NCBI GenBank assembly: GCA_965238005.1
Contig: OZ250165.1
Span: 1,760,001 to 1,824,000, forward strand
Length of the DNA stretch: 64,000 bases
DNA from: Longimicrobiales bacterium
GTDB taxonomy: Bacteria > Gemmatimonadota > Gemmatimonadetes > Longimicrobiales > Gaopeijiaceae
Direction: 5' to 3'
Both the position numbers and the translations under genes were made by a program. Below the pieces are notes generated by a model, which did no database searches, was not told where the DNA came from, and saw only the letters and a program-made list of their open reading frames with translations. Of the stretch, positions 61,828 through 64,000 are shown one piece after another (the stretch's first letter is position 1; the number at the start of each line of letters is the position of its first letter).

Positions 61828-63438
61828 ATGGCCGAGAACGGACGGAACATCGAGAACGTCGCGCTGACCATCGACGGACAGGAGGTGACCGTCCCCAAGG
61901 GGACCACGATCCTGCAGGCCGCACAGGGCGAGGGGACCGAGATCCCTCACTACTGCTATCATCCGGGGCTTTCGTCACCGGCCATGTGCCGCCTCTGCCT
62001 GGTGGAGGTAGAGGGCGCTCCCAAGCTGCTCCCCTCCTGCACCACGCAGGTCGCCCAGGACCAGGTCGTGCACACCGCGAGCGAACAGGCGCTGCGGATG
62101 CGGACCGGGGTGCTGGAGTTCTACCTGGTGAACCATCCCCTGGACTGCCCCATCTGTGACCAGTCCGGAGAATGTGAGCTCCAGGACTACGTCTTCGCGG
62201 AGGGGAGGGAGCATGGGCGGGGCCGCGAGCCCAAGCGCGTGTTCGGGCGCGACGACTTCGGTGGTGACGTCCTCTTCTACGGTGACCGCTGCGTCATGTG
62301 CACGCGCTGCGTCCGGTTCATGAACGAGATGGAGCAGAACCCGCTATTGGCCGTGGTCGAGCGCGGCAGCCGCTCGGTCATCGACACCTTTTTCGAATCC
62401 GGTCTGGAAGAGGCGGATTGGGCGGGCAACGTGGTGGACATCTGCCCGGTGGGAGCGCTCGTCTCCAAGGACTTCCTGCACAAGGCCCGGGCCTGGGATC
62501 TCGAGCACACGCCGTCCGTATGCCCCAACTGCAGCCAAGGGTGCAACATCGAGCTCCACACCCGGGACAACCTCGTCCATCGGATGACGCCACGGCACAA
62601 CCCGGACGTGAACGGCCACTGGATCTGCGACTACGGCCGTGCTCGCTATGAGTGGCTCAATCGCGGCGATCGTCTCGAGGTGCCGGTGGTCCGGAGCTCG
62701 GGGCAAAGCACGGCCATGGGGTGGAAGGAGGCCCTGGCAGCCCTGAAGGACCGCCTGGAGGGCGGAAACGGGGGCGTGAAGGCCGTCGTGTCGCCGTTCT
62801 GGTCCAACGAGGACCTGGGGGCGGTAGCACGCCTGGTGGACTCCTTGGGCGGCGGAGAGGTCGTCTACCGGTCGCCCCGGAGCGATGAGGAGGTGGCCTT
62901 GGCCGGCTACGAGGGGCTCGCCCGTCGCAAGGACCTGGCTCCCAACGTTCGGGGGGCCGAACTCCTCGGCTTCACCCGCGTCGGCGACGACTCTGGGCAG
63001 GGCGGCCTGAACGACTTCGCGGGCCACACCGGAGTGATCCTGGTGCTGGGAGACTCCCTCGAAGACGCGCCGGAGGGATTCGGCGCCGAGGCGGAGGCCG
63101 TCGTCAACCTGGGAGCGTATACGTCGCCTCCTCTGGCCGCGGCAGACTTCGCCCTCCCCACAACCACATTCGCTGAGCAGGAAGGGACCTTCACGAGTCA
63201 TGCGGGCCGGGTTCAACGGTTCTGGCCCGCGTTGGACGGCCCAGGGACGGCGAGACCGGCCTGGCTTGTTCTGGGGGCACTCGTAGGGGCCCTCGAGGGC
63301 CACGATGGGCCACGCAGGGCGGATCAAGCCTTCCAGCTCCTGTCGGCGCAGGTGCCGGCCTACGAAGGGATCGACTACGAGGACTTGAGCCTCCAGGGTG
63401 CCCAGACCAACGCAACCGTGTCGTTGGCGGGGGACTGA
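61828..63438 (+). CDS. nuoG: NADH-quinone oxidoreductase subunit G (short form)
   Basis: IPHYCYH, CRLC, HPLDCPICDQSGEC, CVMCTRC, CPNCSQGC. Confidence 0.93.
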   Translation: MAENGRNIENVALTIDGQEVTVPKGTTILQAAQGEGTEIPHYCYHPGLSSPAMCRLCLVEVEGAPKLLPSCTTQVAQDQVVHTASEQALRMRTGVLEFYLVNHPLDCPICDQSGECELQDYVFAEGREHGRGREPKRVFGRDDFGGDVLFYGDRCVMCTRCVRFMNEMEQNPLLAVVERGSRSVIDTFFESGLEEADWAGNVVDICPVGALVSKDFLHKARAWDLEHTPSVCPNCSQGCNIELHTRDNLVHRMTPRHNPDVNGHWICDYGRARYEWLNRGDRLEVPVVRSSGQSTAMGWKEALAALKDRLEGGNGGVKAVVSPFWSNEDLGAVARLVDSLGGGEVVYRSPRSDEEVALAGYEGLARRKDLAPNVRGAELLGFTRVGDDSGQGGLNDFAGHTGVILVLGDSLEDAPEGFGAEAEAVVNLGAYTSPPLAAADFALPTTTFAEQEGTFTSHAGRVQRFWPALDGPGTARPAWLVLGALVGALEGHDGPRRADQAFQLLSAQVPAYEGIDYEDLSLQGAQTNATVSLAGD

Positions 63439-63439
63439 C

Positions 63440-64000
63440 ATGGACGTGCTCCAGCCCATTGCCGGCATCCCGCTCCTGGTGGCCTCCTCTCTCAAGATCG
63501 CCGTCATGTTCGGCGTGGTGATGCTTACCGTGGCGTACACGACGCTGGCCGAGCGACGCTTGTCGGCGTTCATCCAGGACCGCATGGGTCCCAACCGCGT
63601 GGGTCCCTTCGGGCTTCTCCAGCCCATCGCCGACGGCCTCAAGAACCTAGTGAAGGAAGAGACGCTCCCTGCCTCCTCGTCCAAGCTCTACTTCATGCTC
63701 GGGCCCATGCTTGCCATGGTCCCGGCGCTTGTGACGTTCGCCGTCGTGCCCTTCGCGGCGCCTCTGCCCACTCCCTGGGGAGTGGTGGACATGATCATCG
63801 CCGACGTCCCCATCGGCATCCTCTATATCCTCGCGTTGAGCTCGCTGGGGGTATACGGGATCGTCATCTCGGGCTGGGCGTCGAACAACAAGTACGCCTT
63901 CTTGGGCGCGCTGCGGGCCTCGGCCCAGATGGTGAGTTATGAAGTGCCCCTGGGGCTGAGCCTCCTCGTGGTCCTGATGCTCGCAGGGAACGTCACGCTC
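63440..64000 (+). CDS. nuoH: NADH-quinone oxidoreductase subunit H, partial (runs off window)
   Basis: ERRLSAFIQDRMGPNRVGPFGLLQPIADGLK, SNNKYAFLGALRASAQMVSYE. Confidence 0.95.
   Translation, partial: MDVLQPIAGIPLLVASSLKIAVMFGVVMLTVAYTTLAERRLSAFIQDRMGPNRVGPFGLLQPIADGLKNLVKEETLPASSSKLYFMLGPMLAMVPALVTFAVVPFAAPLPTPWGVVDMIIADVPIGILYILALSSLGVYGIVISGWASNNKYAFLGALRASAQMVSYEVPLGLSLLVVLMLAGNVTL

Noticed and set aside
61828..63438. NuoG as a truncated pseudogene
   Set aside because: All Fe-S motifs are present and nuoH starts 1 bp after the stop; treated as a natural short form.

Overview
GC-rich bacterial DNA, most likely Gemmatimonadota (inferred from the lineage-typical Ser/Thr kinase N-terminus MSDPVARLNAALEGRY and the pilin-like AYVAAIKSDLKNL segment). 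Four zones. (1) 1-16.1 kb: an accessory mosaic of intact genes (pilin-leader/CreD-like fusion, RidA, ECF sigma + kinase, ICMT-family methyltransferase, proline racemase family, DUF2784), many gene fragments and an IS256. (2) 16.2-38.3 kb: a ~22 kb island integrated in tRNA-Arg(UCU), bounded by a 44-bp direct repeat, with a tyrosine integrase at the left end and an excisionase-like gene at the right. It carries IS256, IS3 and two IS1182 copies, an AT-rich NAD-dependent formate dehydrogenase, a broken terminase large subunit, a ~890-bp internal duplication, a tRNA-Ser 3' remnant and a SAM methyltransferase split by an in-frame TGA followed by a SECIS-like hairpin. This candidate Cys-Sec selenoprotein is the top finding. 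(3) 38.5-47.3 kb: a giant surface lipoprotein with a (CT)10 tract that puts its likely start out of frame (possible phase variation), a REC-PAS-PAS protein and a third IS1182. (4) 47.3-64 kb: intact housekeeping genes (ArfB-like, AI-2E, csp, tag, pepN, dcd, nuoA-H, with a Rex-like operator). All calls are by eye from motifs; no database searches were run.
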